This document shows, piece after piece, positions 13,301 through 25,585 of a stretch of DNA of 64,000 bases. The stretch comes from Octopus vulgaris. Taxonomy: Eukaryota. The stretch spans positions 43,958,001 through 44,022,000 of the forward strand of contig OX597817.1 in NCBI GenBank assembly GCA_951406725.2. The letters are read 5' to 3'. Each line of letters starts with the position of its first letter. Position 1 is the first letter of the stretch. The notes under the pieces were generated by a model. The model was not told the origin of the DNA, ran no database searches, and saw nothing but the letters and a program-made list of their open reading frames with translations. The position numbers were made by a program, and so were the translations under genes.

Positions 13301-13683
13301 CCGTGCTAGTAGGGTGCTAAGAGCACCATCCAAGCGTGATCGTTGCCAGAGTGGCTAACTAGCTTCTGTGCCGGTGGCACGTAAAAGGCACCAATCAAGT
13401 GGGATTGTTACCAGCATCGCCTTACTGGCACCTGTGTCGGTGGCATGTGTAAAACGATTCCAGCAAGGTCATTGCCGGTACCGCATGACTGGCTCCCGTG
13501 CCGGTGGCATGTAAAAGCACCCACTATACTCTCGGAGTGGTTGGCATTAGGAAGTGCATCCAGCTGTAGAAACTCTGCCAGATCAAGATTGGAGCCTGGT
13601 ACAGCCATCTGGTTCACCAACCCTCAGTCAAATCGTCCAACCCATGCTAGCATGGAGTGTGGACGTTAAATGATGATGATGAT
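10389..13683 (+). mobile_element. RTE-clade LINE, 5'-truncated, decayed APE-RT ORF with internal PHD finger, tandem-module 3' UTR and (GAT)n tail
   Basis: APE 'VAGDFNG' (about 10442); RT 'NYRGIKLL', 'QFGFMPG', 'FIDMEKA', 'HQGSVL', 'YADD' (about 12059); C4HC3 finger 12230-12361; 'HGSETW'; 'PRKTW'; stop near 13015; multiple in-frame stops. Confidence 0.95.
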
Positions 13684-13759
13684 ATATATATATAAATGTA
13701 CAAATTTATATATATATATATATAGGCCGTTCACACACACTCGTCATATGTATATGTTC

Positions 13760-13803
<44 letters not shown>

Positions 13804-13813
<10 letters not shown>

Positions 13814-14220
13814 TAAATTAGAGATAAAACCACTATTAGGCAAATCATACAATGAAAAACTTAAGCCAATACATTAGATTATTTAATTTATATTATTTAA
13901 ATATATAACAACATTATTAAAAAAGATAATTAATATAACACTACGATCATTTCATGGCTGTTCGAAAATTTTAAGAATTGAACAGCCATGAAACGATCGT
14001 AGTGTTATATTAATTATCTTTTTTAATAATGTTGTTATATATTTAAATAATATAAATTAAATAATCTAATGTATTGGCTTAAGTTTTTCATTGTATGATT
14101 TGCCTAATAGTGGTTTTATCTCTAATTTAATATAATATAATATTTTACTATAAAATTGGATTCAATCCTAAATTTGATTTTTCCCTGTAAGTTTGGATTT
14201 ATTCCCTAATATTTTATTAA
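13804..14220 (+). mobile_element. Fold-back element A (about 160-bp arms, 16-nt loop, 3' tail) with hammerhead 3' half, in (TA)n
   Basis: Arms 13804-13963 / 13980-14139 with one visible mismatch; the right arm reads '...gaacagccat GAAA CGATCG TA gtgtt'; unpaired tail 14140-14220. Confidence 0.85.
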
Positions 14221-14257
14221 AATATATATATATATATATATATATGAACATATATAC

Positions 14258-14340
14258 ATATGATGTGCGTGTGTGAACTGCCATACTACATTGCAGTGAA
14301 ATATGGGGCTGTAATGGCTGAGAACATACGTAAGCTTGCA
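14258..14340 (+). mobile_element. Short RTE ORF fragment
   Basis: 'gccatactacattgcagtgaaatatggggctgtaatggctgagaacatacgtaagcttgca' is homologous to 12611-12670. Confidence 0.75.
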
Positions 14341-14447
14341 TTCACTAATTCCTCAATAATTTTATATGAGAATGCTTGTGCATGTTCAAATTCATAAATA
14401 TAAATACATATGTTCACAAGCACATGCATACAAAATATATGCACACA

Positions 14448-14560
14448 CAAGAGGCACACGTGCACAGAGGCACACGTGCACAGAGGCACACATGCACAGA
14501 GGCACACGTGCACAGAGGCACACTCACACAGAGGCACACACACACAGAGGCACACTCACA
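14448..14560. repeat. 16-bp minisatellite (gcacagaggcacacgt), about 7 copies
   Basis: Read directly from sequence. Confidence 0.9.
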
Positions 14561-14642
14561 TATCTATCTATCTATCTATCTACACACACACACATATATA
14601 TAGACAGATAGACAAAAACCTCTCTCTCTCTCTCTCTCTCTC

Positions 14643-14681
<39 letters not shown>

Positions 14682-14712
14682 CTATGCATACATATGTGTG
14701 TATACACATATT

Positions 14713-14770
<58 letters not shown>

Positions 14771-14827
14771 TTTATCTTCATATATATATATATATATATA
14801 TATGTATATTTATATAGGTATATATAC

Positions 14828-14905
<78 letters not shown>

Positions 14906-14959
14906 CTGCAATCAAGTTTGCAAATATACGAATGTTTCCTAACTTCACATGGATACAAC

Positions 14960-15170
14960 ATTACAGGTTTTCAAATATTCTTTTTTACTATAAGGCCTGA
15001 AATTTTCGAGAGGGTGCCAATTAATTAGACTGATCCCCAGTACGCAACTGGTACTTAATTTATCGACTCCAAAAGGATGAAAGGCAAAGTTGGCCCTGGC
15101 AAAAACAGACGAAATACTGCCAAGCATTTCGCCCAGAGTACTAACGTTTCTGCCAGCTCACCGCCTAACA
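14960..15170 (-). mobile_element. SINE fragment
   Basis: 'ccccagtacgcaactggtacttaatttatcgac..aaaggatgaaaggcaaagtt' is shared with 15850-15950 and 32990-33100. Confidence 0.7.
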
Positions 15171-15799
15171 GGATTTCAAGTATTATTAAGCAAATGTGGG
15201 AAACAAGAAATGTACATTATAAAGTTTATATATATGTAAATGAAATATTAGTGTCAGTGACCATATATAAACTAGCAAAAATACAGATATATTAGTGAAA
15301 AGGTAGGTATAAATCTACAGTAGCAAACAGTAGTGAAGTGTCTGCTTATGTTGTAATGGTTATTGAGATGTTAGAATATAAACTAATTACAAAATCATCA
15401 ACAGAATGTTATATCACAGAAGGCAGACGTTAGAATAGTCAATAATGAATAAACCATATTTGTTATTGGCCCAACTACAAAGATTAGCACACCAACAATG
15501 TTTTAGAGTAGCAAAGACCTAAACCAGATAAACAAAGTAAAGAAAACATAGGAAGAGACATCAAAGGTGAGATTTTATAATTTTATAATTTATTAGGATG
15601 CTGTAAATACAGTGAGGTAATCCTGTTTATCTAAAATATTTTCTTCAGAAAAACTATCTCTCAGACCTAGTGTGAAATAAAGTTAATGGTGAATATAAGT
15701 CTCATGAGAATTAATTAGACTATACAAGTACAAAATTAAGTTTCAAATGAATACTTGAATGTATTTTGAAGCTTTCTTAGTAGAATTATAAATATAATA

Positions 15800-16104
15800 T
15801 TGGTTTCAAATTCTAGCACAAGGCAAGCAATGTTTGGAGAGGAAAATCAATCATATTGATTCCAATAGTCAACAGGTACTTATTTTATCAACCCTGACAG
15901 GATGAAAGGCAAAGTTAACCCTGGCAGCATTTGAACTCAGGACATAAAGTTCTATATTTAAGAGATAGGGAATTATGTACATTATTTACATTTGATGGAT
16001 ATTTGTCCTCATCTTTGTTGTTAACACGTTTCAGCCTTCATCAGGTTTCTTGGAGAAAGTTTGAACCTGGGTTCTCATTCCTAAGGTATTTTTTGATGTT
16101 ATTA

Positions 16105-16148
<44 letters not shown>

Positions 16149-16212
16149 TTGCATAGTGGTTAAGAGTATGGGCTACTAACCCCAAGATTCCAAGTTCAAT
16201 TCCAAGCAGTGA

Positions 16213-16260
<48 letters not shown>

Positions 16261-16510
16261 TATCAACAACAACAACAACAACAACGAAAAATACCTTAAG
16301 AATGAGAACCCAGGTTAAAAATTTCTCCAAGAAACCTGATGAAGGCTGGAGAGTATATCAGCCAAAATGTTGTGTTAAAAACAAACAAGATGAGGACAAA
16401 TATCCGTCAAATGTAAATATTGTAAATAATGTTCAGGACATAAAGTCTAACGAAATGCTGCTAAGTATTTTGTCTGATGTGGTAACAATTCTGCCAGCTC
16501 ATCACCTTCA
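15800..16510 (-). mobile_element. SINE interrupted by fold-back element B
   Basis: SINE body at 15800-15950 continues at 16447-16510; 14-bp duplication 'tcaggacataaagt' at 15937-15950 and 16433-16446. Confidence 0.75.
15951..16432. mobile_element. Fold-back element B: tRNA-like Pol III head, (AAT)n and hammerhead-bearing 3' module, with 14-bp TSD
   Basis: Arms about 15979-16148 / 16214-16432; loop is a tRNA-like head with A box 'ttgcatagtgg' and B box 'gttcaattcc'; hammerhead-like 'CTGATGA aGGCTG gagagtatat CAGCC aaaatg tt gtgtt' at 16331-16376. Confidence 0.85.
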
Positions 16511-18245
16511 ATTTTAAATGTAATATGTTAGTAGAAATATTAGCTCTCATTGCAGAATCAAACATATATGAAAGAAAATTTAGAAACTTCAAATCGACAA
16601 AATTTTTATACATACAGGAATATAGTGCTATTTAACAGTAAGTATATGAAACAAACGCATTAAGTGATGCGTGATATGTAGAGAAAGACATATCATTATG
16701 TAATCAGTTTAAACAATATTTAAGATGTATTTCAGGATAGTATTTTAAATAGAAAAATTATTTAATTGCTTTTTATGTAATAAGAAATAACCTGATAAAA
16801 ATACCAATTGTAATTAGTAAAATCAGAAGGGCCCCACAGAGAATTGCAATGATTAATGAGATTGTTGTGCACATCAATTGCAGTTGGTAAAATTTCATAG
16901 TGTCTGAAGTGCATATAATTTAAACATTTAATGTTAACAAATAATTTGACGTACAAAAAGTAGTGTGTATGCTGTGAAGATAAAAGACTTAATTCAGCAA
17001 AAAATAGCAGAGCTAAATATCTGAACCACATGTAACATATTTAATTGCTAAGTGTATACTGAATTTCATTGGTATGTAAACATGATGAGAACAAAGCAAT
17101 ATAAATAAAAATTCCACGATAATAAATTTGACGATAATGATGGTAAGTCAAAATATTCTTGGAATTATATTGGGATCAAATATCATTTTAGGAACAGGGT
17201 AAGATAGAAAGTATATATGGAACTGATTCAACCAACCTATGGTTATGAGGAAAATGTAAACCAAGTAGTACTGATAACTTAAAAACGACTAAGTTTTTAA
17301 GAAACATATTTCATACAGAATAACTAAGATATCAATATGCTTAACTTATAAATCTAAATGACTTTTATATCTGGCCAAATTATTTTTGGGTAGATGTATA
17401 GCTTTAAGAATTTACTCCTTATATAATCAGTTATTATCACATAAAAAGAAAATAATGACTATGATGAACACAAACTTTTATGATGTAAAACTAATAATAT
17501 TAACTTGATGCAAAAGAATATTTTCAAATAAACAATCATGTTGTATTTAAAAACGACTATGTCGTATCTGAAAGTATAATGCAAAAATAAATTACTAGAA
17601 AATATTGCTTAACAAACAAAAATCAACTTTTGTAATTCTTGTTTCATATAGTCAATTTTCTTAGGATTTGGCTTTTAGATACATATATGTTACTTATAAG
17701 TATATATGTAGAGTATAACGATCTGTTTCACTCATTTAAAACGTAAATATTTCTGAAGTTCATTGTGAAATAAAATTTATCAGAGGAAAAATATTTTTTA
17801 GAAAGCAATCAAATCAATGCTTTTTCTCTTTACTATAAATATGCAATGATAACCTTGTATGTACATGTGTGCACATGTACAAGCCAGTGTATGTTTGTTT
17901 CAGTTGTGTGTGTATGCACATGAGCATGTATCTGAATTGCCACTATCTAAAATCACGCGAATATTTATACTATTAATCTCATAACTGAATGACATTTTGT
18001 ATGTCACATCTTCTATCTTAACAGATATAACTATATGAAACTTTTCTAAAATCTAATATCTGAGAGCATAATTTACTGAACTTTTCCACTGCTAGAGAAA
18101 TCTCTTATCTAACTACCAGTACAAGAGGTTTTACATGTAAAATTATTGCCTTTCTGGACTTTATAATAGTGAATAATTACAGTCCTAGTAACTATACTAT
18201 AAATACATGTAAATACACATACATGCATGCAAACACATTTGTGTG

Positions 18246-18248
<3 letters not shown>

Positions 18249-18313
<65 letters not shown>

Positions 18314-18680
18314 AACATACATTCACTCACACATTTTTCTATATTTACTCACACATATACATATATATATACATATGTATATACATATATATATGTATAT
18401 ATACATATATATACGTATATACATATATACATATATATATGTATATACATATATATACATACACACATATATACATAAATACATATATACATAAATACAT
18501 ATATATATACATACATATATACATATATATATATAAATACATATATATATACATATATATATATACATATACCCATACATACATATATATACATACATGC
18601 ATACATATATATATATATACATATATATACATATATAGAGAGACACACACACATATACATATTTATATACATATATATGC

Positions 18681-18723
<43 letters not shown>

Positions 18724-18820
18724 TGCAAACATACGTATCTATACATACATATATACTCATATACATACATACGTATATATACATATAATTTGTATATATA
18801 TATTCAGACACATACACACA
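18249..18820. repeat. (CT)n/(TA)n/(TACA)n compound microsatellite
   Basis: Read directly; source of the spurious 293-aa ORF. Confidence 0.95.
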
Positions 18821-19974
18821 TATTTATAGTCTCACACATGCATACACATGTATTTATAAGTATTTATTATAAACATATATTTTACTTATGGGCACAGAAA
18901 GAATGTACAGCAAATGAAAATATGAACGTTCAACTCCCAAAGAGAGCATGTATGCTGGCAACTGAAACAAAGTATCTTAAAACTTTTGGGGTCACATCTT
19001 TCTCCAATGTAGTCAAGGATGCACATGCTCTCTGTTCAAATTGTATCTAGTCTATAGTTATCTGGTATGGTATTTAACCAGTGTTGTATTTTTGATAAGA
19101 CTACCTAATCTAAGGATTGCTTACAAGCTGGTAATGGGACATGTTACTAGAAGCTGAATGAGACCCAACTATATCGAATTGGCATAAATTCAATAGAATA
19201 TTTTAAAATTTCTAATTTAAAAGAATTGCCTTATGAAAACAATTTAGAAATAACAAAATCAAAGCAACCAAATGATAGTTTTGTTGAAAAAACAAAGCAA
19301 TCAATAATCAATTTTTAATCTATTCATACAGTTTTATATCAATGTACTCTATCATTACTACTTGAAAAAAAAGTTTAAATTAAAAAAATTTTTTTTAAAT
19401 GCAAAATAAAATTAGAATAGAGTCAACAAAGAACAGATGCATTAATATAATTTTATTCAAAACCCAAGTGTTGCATGTATTTTTATTTAGAAAGTAATTT
19501 CTAACCTGTAATTTCATAAATATAATTTCAAAAATTCAGAACATACATACTTTTATACACACAAATATATACGCACACAGACACACATATACATAAACAT
19601 TTTGTACATGACAAAGACAAAACTTGCAGAGAATATTATACAAATGTCTATGTTCTATGTTTTTTAAGGAAATAAAAAAGTTTAAAAAAATAAAACAGCA
19701 TTAACACAATGAGAAAATTACAAAATATTTTGAAAATGTCATTGTATAAAGAACGATATTTGCATTGAATAAAATGTCAATCATCACAAATACTGATGAA
19801 TTAGTTTCGATATATATACCGAGATTCTGTGAGTACCATCACTAGAAGTTGTTTCAATTACACTGTAAGATAACAATAGGTATAATTTATCAAGGAACTC
19901 AGTAGTCTTGACACAAGAATTGAAAATATCTGTGGAAGTCATCAAACAACAAACAATTAATATGAAAATAGTCA

Positions 19975-20025
19975 TCATTAATAATAATAATAATGATGGT
20001 GATGATGATGATTATGATAATGATA

Positions 20026-20056
<31 letters not shown>

Positions 20057-20058
20057 TG

Positions 20059-20106
<48 letters not shown>

Positions 20107-20110
20107 TTTC
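19975..20110. repeat. (AAT)n/(GAT)n microsatellite
   Basis: Read directly from sequence. Confidence 0.95.
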
Positions 20111-20518
20111 AATAATAGGAAATTCTGACGATAGTGATAATGGTGATTATGGTGATAATATAGTGAAGATAATTATAACAACAACAGCAACAAATATAGT
20201 AACTAATTAAATACTTTTAAGACTAAAAATAACTATAATACTCTTGAAGAAATATTCCCACACAACAGAATATTTGTAAACACATTATGTTTGAAACAAA
20301 TTTGTAATAAATGATAGAGGAATTTTTCTACTTGTTGGTTTTTTGATAGTTTATAATTAATTTCATTTACATCTGAAAAGAATATTGACATTTGTTTTTA
20401 TTAGTTCTTGGTTTTAATGAACATTTACAATGGTCTTGTTGCTGGTGCTGAGAAGTATAATAATGATAGTTCTAATAAAAATAGTAATGCTAGAATAGTG
20501 GACGTAATAGTAGGAGTA

Positions 20519-20565
<47 letters not shown>

Positions 20566-20587
20566 CAATGTAATAATAATAATGATG

Positions 20588-20635
<48 letters not shown>

Positions 20636-20636
20636 T
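20519..20636. repeat. (AAT)n microsatellite
   Basis: Read directly from sequence. Confidence 0.95.
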
Positions 20637-21259
20637 TGTAAGAAAACTAATAAATGCTGACAATATAAATAGAGCTGAGAATACTACAAAGAAATAAATA
20701 ATTAAGTCATGATAATTTTATTTTTATTTGAAGTAGTAATATTTGTAGAAACAATGTGCTTTTAATGGTGATTACTCAAATGATAAATTTTATCTTACTA
20801 TTACTCTATATTTCATTATGTGTTTCAGAGCAAGGACTAAAGTTTTGGACTTGACAATGACTCAAACTAATCTAAATTGTGAAGTAAGTAACAAAAATGA
20901 ACAAAACAACAGTTTCTATTATTACCTAGTTTCAAAAGGATTTAAAACAAATTTGATATTAAAATTTCTTTTTTAATCTTCATACATGTACAAAAAAATT
21001 GATAAATTATAGCAGCAGATAATTTCAAAAATTACTTTAAAAGATTTTTATTGATTTCTTTTTTTGTTATGAAATAGAGTAAGGGAAACAATGGAATTAA
21101 CTATCTATCAATATTTTCTATACAAACAGTGTAAATATTTGCTTAGTTTAGGAATGCAATTGCTTGTAAGCATCTCTTCTTTTTGTGTAGTTTTAAAATA
21201 AAAATACTAACAAATTATAAAATACCTATTATCATAGAATATATATATATTATATATAT

Positions 21260-21620
21260 AATAAATATAAGAGAGTGGTCACTATATTGATCACTCTAGC
21301 ACCAGTTAATCCAAAAGGTTTCAACCACGAAAAATACATGTTTCCCATGAAAGCCGGTACGACTGTTAGCTCAGTCGTACCGGCTTTCATGCGAAACATG
21401 TATTTTTCGTGGTTGAAACCTTTTGGATTAACTGGTGCTAGAGTGATCAATATAGTGACCACTCTCTTATATTTATTTTGTGAAAATATTATAATATGTT
21501 ATAAAATATTATAATAATCCAGGTTTCTCGTAGCACTAGGCCACTTGGTGTGGAATAAATATACTATTAAATTAGTATCTAATTCTCTCACCCTTATTAA
21601 TTAATTATATTTTATAATAA
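21260..21620 (+). mobile_element. Fold-back element C (106-bp arms, 6-nt loop, about 140-nt tail) in (TA)n
   Basis: Arms 21260-21365 / 21372-21477 with one visible mismatch; the right arm contains 'catgc GAAA CATG TA'. Confidence 0.85.
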
Positions 21621-21621
21621 G

Positions 21622-21659
<38 letters not shown>

Positions 21660-21668
21660 TTGTATGTA

Positions 21669-21722
<54 letters not shown>

Positions 21723-24700
21723 TGTGTGTGTAATATACCCATAGTTAAGTGACCTGCATATTTTGTCTCAAATAATAGAAAAAGAATTGAGACAAATGAA
21801 TCAAGTTAGAATCACCATAAAAGCATTTATTGTAGAACGAAACTGCTTCATAAACACAACTGATTGAAATAATTTATTCCTTATTAAATCACTAACTTTT
21901 TCTAGAAAAAGCTGTCTATTAATTAGAAAGATAAAGCCAACAGTTAAAAACTCAATAAGAAAAATTGCATTTATTTTCAACAGTAGTAACTTTTTTTCAA
22001 TTTTTTTTGTAATTCGTTGTTAATTTTTTTCTCTTTCGAAGATCAAAATGTTGAGAATTTTTAGTCTTTATTCATCATGGTGAAAAAACAAAAAAAAAAA
22101 AGAGAGAGAGATATTATAAACCAGGAAATCTTTCATGCAAAGACATCATGCATTTTTGAAGAAAAAATTTAACAATAATATGACCATGCAAAAGAGAAAG
22201 CAAAATGGCCCAAAACTGAGGAGTGCTGGCTGCATGGGGGTAGAGAAGAAAAAATATTCCAGAAAAAAAAACCTCCTCATGTAAAACAGAATTTTAAACA
22301 ATCATATTTTAAATAGAAAATATTTGACACTATCAGCATTCTACAAAGAGCAAGATTAACCAGTCAAATAAGCCATTCAAATATCAAACTAATAAGTTTC
22401 TGAAAATGCAACATGCTCTAAAATTAAATTTCATTTGCAATTATAGAACTTTAGATAACATCCTGGGTGCACTGAGAATGATTACCTGATAAAATCGACA
22501 TCTTCAGTGAGCATAAACATATCTTATTTTGTAACAACAGAAAGTTATAAAGTTGATTCAAACATCCAAAAAAAAAAAGAAAAAATGCACAAAGTGGAAA
22601 GAAATAGAAAATTGGGCCACTCCTATCACTAAAAAGGCAAAAGAAAAAAGAAAAATTTAAATAAAATAGTGAAGAAATCTGTAATTTTCAAAGTTGGTAT
22701 TTAAAATTATGTAAGTGGTATATTAATTGTCTGATAAAATTACAATTATCCAAATATTCTAGTATATTGATAGCATATCCATTTATTGTAATTTTTCATA
22801 AATTTGATTATATAATTTTATATTGTTCTTAAGCATTATCATTTTTAATTGTTAGCGATATTTTGAGGCTAGCCAAATTTCTGAAGAATTTTAATATTAA
22901 AATGATTTTTTTAATGAATAATAATGATTTCGTTTGTAATTTTGTTTTTATTAGTAAAATGTTTCAAAACAGTTCTGATTGCAAATATGCATAAACAAAA
23001 TCTATTTTGCATGTTACTAATTCTATTAGATCAGAATGAAAATAACCTTTAGTTTTTAATGTATGTTAATATAATAAATACTGAAATTCATTCATGAAAA
23101 TTATATAACATAATTTTGTGATAGGTTGGCAAATTACATATATTATGAAATTTCTTCATCAATATTTTAAAGCCTAAGTTATCCCATAAAAAATAGTTAT
23201 AGTAGTTGCTGTTGTTGATAAGTATTTTAAGAGCTAAGTATGTCTTAGAGCTACAATTCTGCCAGATTCAGTTTCTGCTAAAATAATTTGAGCTATTGCT
23301 CAACCAGTATTTGATAAAGGATGAGTTTGATGGAAAAGTTTATGGATACTCAAAAAAAAAAAGAAAAATGATATTTAATGACACTTTAAAAACACTTGAA
23401 AAAGCTAACTTTGCTTAACTAGTCATTTGCACTATATCAATTTTTTTAAAACTACTTTTTTTATCAGATTCCTTTCAATATATTAAAATTTTTATCCTCC
23501 CATTTTATACAGGGATTATAGACTTTTGAATTATATATACTGGGACAGATATATTGATATTCTAATAATCTGAAGGCAATAGATTTTGATCTTCTAAGAA
23601 AATTATTAGCTATAATTACATAAATATAATGAAATATAAAAGAATGAATAATAGTTTCTACACATCACTTAGGTACAGTGAGAGGAAATGCTTTAAATTT
23701 GAAAAATAAATAAAAATATAAGGCTTAAATTTGAATAATTTGCTTCAATATAAGCTATATCAAAGACAGCATATATAATGAAAAATCTGAGTTGGGTAAG
23801 ATGCTTTATGAAGTTTCATGTCTTCTATTTTTTAATTCACTTATCACTGTAGTTGACTTTGCCTTTCATCCTTCAATGTTAAAAAAAATAAATGACTGTA
23901 ATTTACTAAAGTTGTGTCAATTGCACCCCTCTCATTTGAAAGTAATATTTATCAAAAAAAAAAAAAAAAGTGAAATGAATATAAGCTGATTGCTGGGTAG
24001 CTTATGTACATTATAGGCAATGGTAGAGAATGAGTATTTAAACACTGACAAAAGAAAATTAATATAAACTTTAATGTAGCAACAAATAACGATGTATTTG
24101 TGGTAAAGCTAATCAGTATGTGTAAAATAATAATTCCTTTTTAAAACTCTTGGAGAAGCAAGTGAATATACTTATTTATTCTATCTTAGTAAATGTAAAA
24201 ATCTTATTGGAAATTTACAGCTACAGTTTACATGAGGAAAGCATGATCTTTTTTTATAGAGACAGATTTCATGATATGTCAGAAGAGTAAAATATGATAT
24301 ACAGAAAGTAACAAAATTACTGAATCAGCTTGTCAGTTATGACCTATGTGTGCAATGAGAATTTGCTATGATTTATGAAATACAGTAAACAAAATATACA
24401 GCCACAGTATAGATTTTAAAATATTGATATCTGTATGAAAAAAATTCCATAAATAATCATTATTCTTTTTTATGTTAGAATGCCAAGAAATATTGAATTG
24501 AATAAGTAAAACTATACCTTATTAAATGAATTTTCAGTACCAACAGATTTTAAAAAAAAATTCCTCAAGAATTCTACACTTACAATATTTCTGCATACTT
24601 TCATTGTCTATATTGATATTTGAATAGCTCATTAAAATAATTAAGTTGTTTATTGATTGGAATTAATTGTTACAAATATGAAGGAATTTCATAATTGCTA

Positions 24701-25489
24701 CTATATGAATGTTAGGAAAGCTTGAGCATTTTATCAATATATTAATATTATCAGTGTTCTAAAGAAAAATTCATTTCCTTATCCTTACATAAGTTTCCTG
24801 CAAAATACAATTAAATGTCTCTATGTTTGATGCATCTTTGTATTTGAAATATGTGTAATTGTGTGATTGTGAAGATATATATTTATTATTCTGTTGGCAG
24901 TAAAGAAAATATTTTCAAAGTTTTCTAAATCCTACTAGATTATTATATACATAACTAATTGTCATGCACATGACATGCAAATAAGAATGATGCAGTAATA
25001 ACAAGCAACTTTTTCAAAGTACATCCAAATTCTAATTATCATAATGCATAGTATTAGTGTCTACTCCCTATTAGCACACTACTTATATGTATGTTTGCTT
25101 ATGTGTTTGTATAAGTGTGTCAAAGTGTATGAGAGTGCATACATTTTATCAAGTCAACATCTAGAAATGCTTAAGATCAGGCATAAACATTTTCATATAT
25201 ATTTACATGCAAACATTTTATAAGATGTCGATGCTCAAAAAAAAAAAAACCATTAAAATCTCATGCATTCATGCTTCAATTATAATACTTCCATGGTAGC
25301 ATGACCAATCTAGTTTTAAGCATACTTTTGCATGCTTCATTCTCATCCATGCCTCATGCAACAATAATATTGTTTACATGCACAGCAAAATTAAGACAGG
25401 CATCAAAACTAAGCATGCTACATTTGTTGACATGATTTAAAACATATGTTTCTGTGTTTGTGTGGGCAACTGAACAATACCTAGGTATT

Positions 25490-25585
25490 TAAAATCATCT
25501 GATACATTTTGATACCATTTGATATCATTTGATTCTGTTTGATTCAAATGATTCCAAGAGATATCATTCAATATCATCTGATTGC
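25490..25585. repeat. Degenerate 10-bp tandem repeat (tgatatcatt)
   Basis: 'tgatacattt tgataccatt tgatatcatt tgattctgtt tgattcaaa tgattc'. Confidence 0.65.

Noticed and set aside
13150-13520. CRISPR-like repeat/spacer appearance of the RTE 3' UTR modules (also 8655-8810)
   Set aside because: Repeats are diverged, the intervening parts are themselves homologous, the context is a eukaryotic LINE, and there are no cas genes.
13804-14139. Hairpins as assembly artefacts or pre-miRNAs
   Set aside because: The arms carry mismatches and indels, D and E recur as a family, and B has a TSD, all arguing against artefact. The stems are too long and perfect, and too repeat-like, for canonical pre-miRNAs.
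16148-16216. Possible tRNA gene
   Set aside because: The acceptor stem is incomplete, there is no oligo-T terminator, and it is embedded in a TSD-flanked insertion; better explained as a SINE head.
18169-19050. Longest ORF (293 aa) and the many YI/HT/CV-rich ORFs
   Set aside because: They are translations of (TA)n/(CA)n/(TACA)n microsatellites, which lack stop codons in some frames; there is no protein signal.
19908-20641. Poly-Asn / poly-Ile ORFs
   Set aside because: Translations of (AAT)n microsatellites.
21250-21514. Two near-identical ORFs on opposite strands (MVTILITLAPVNPKGF...)
   Set aside because: A by-product of the palindrome; no coding evidence.
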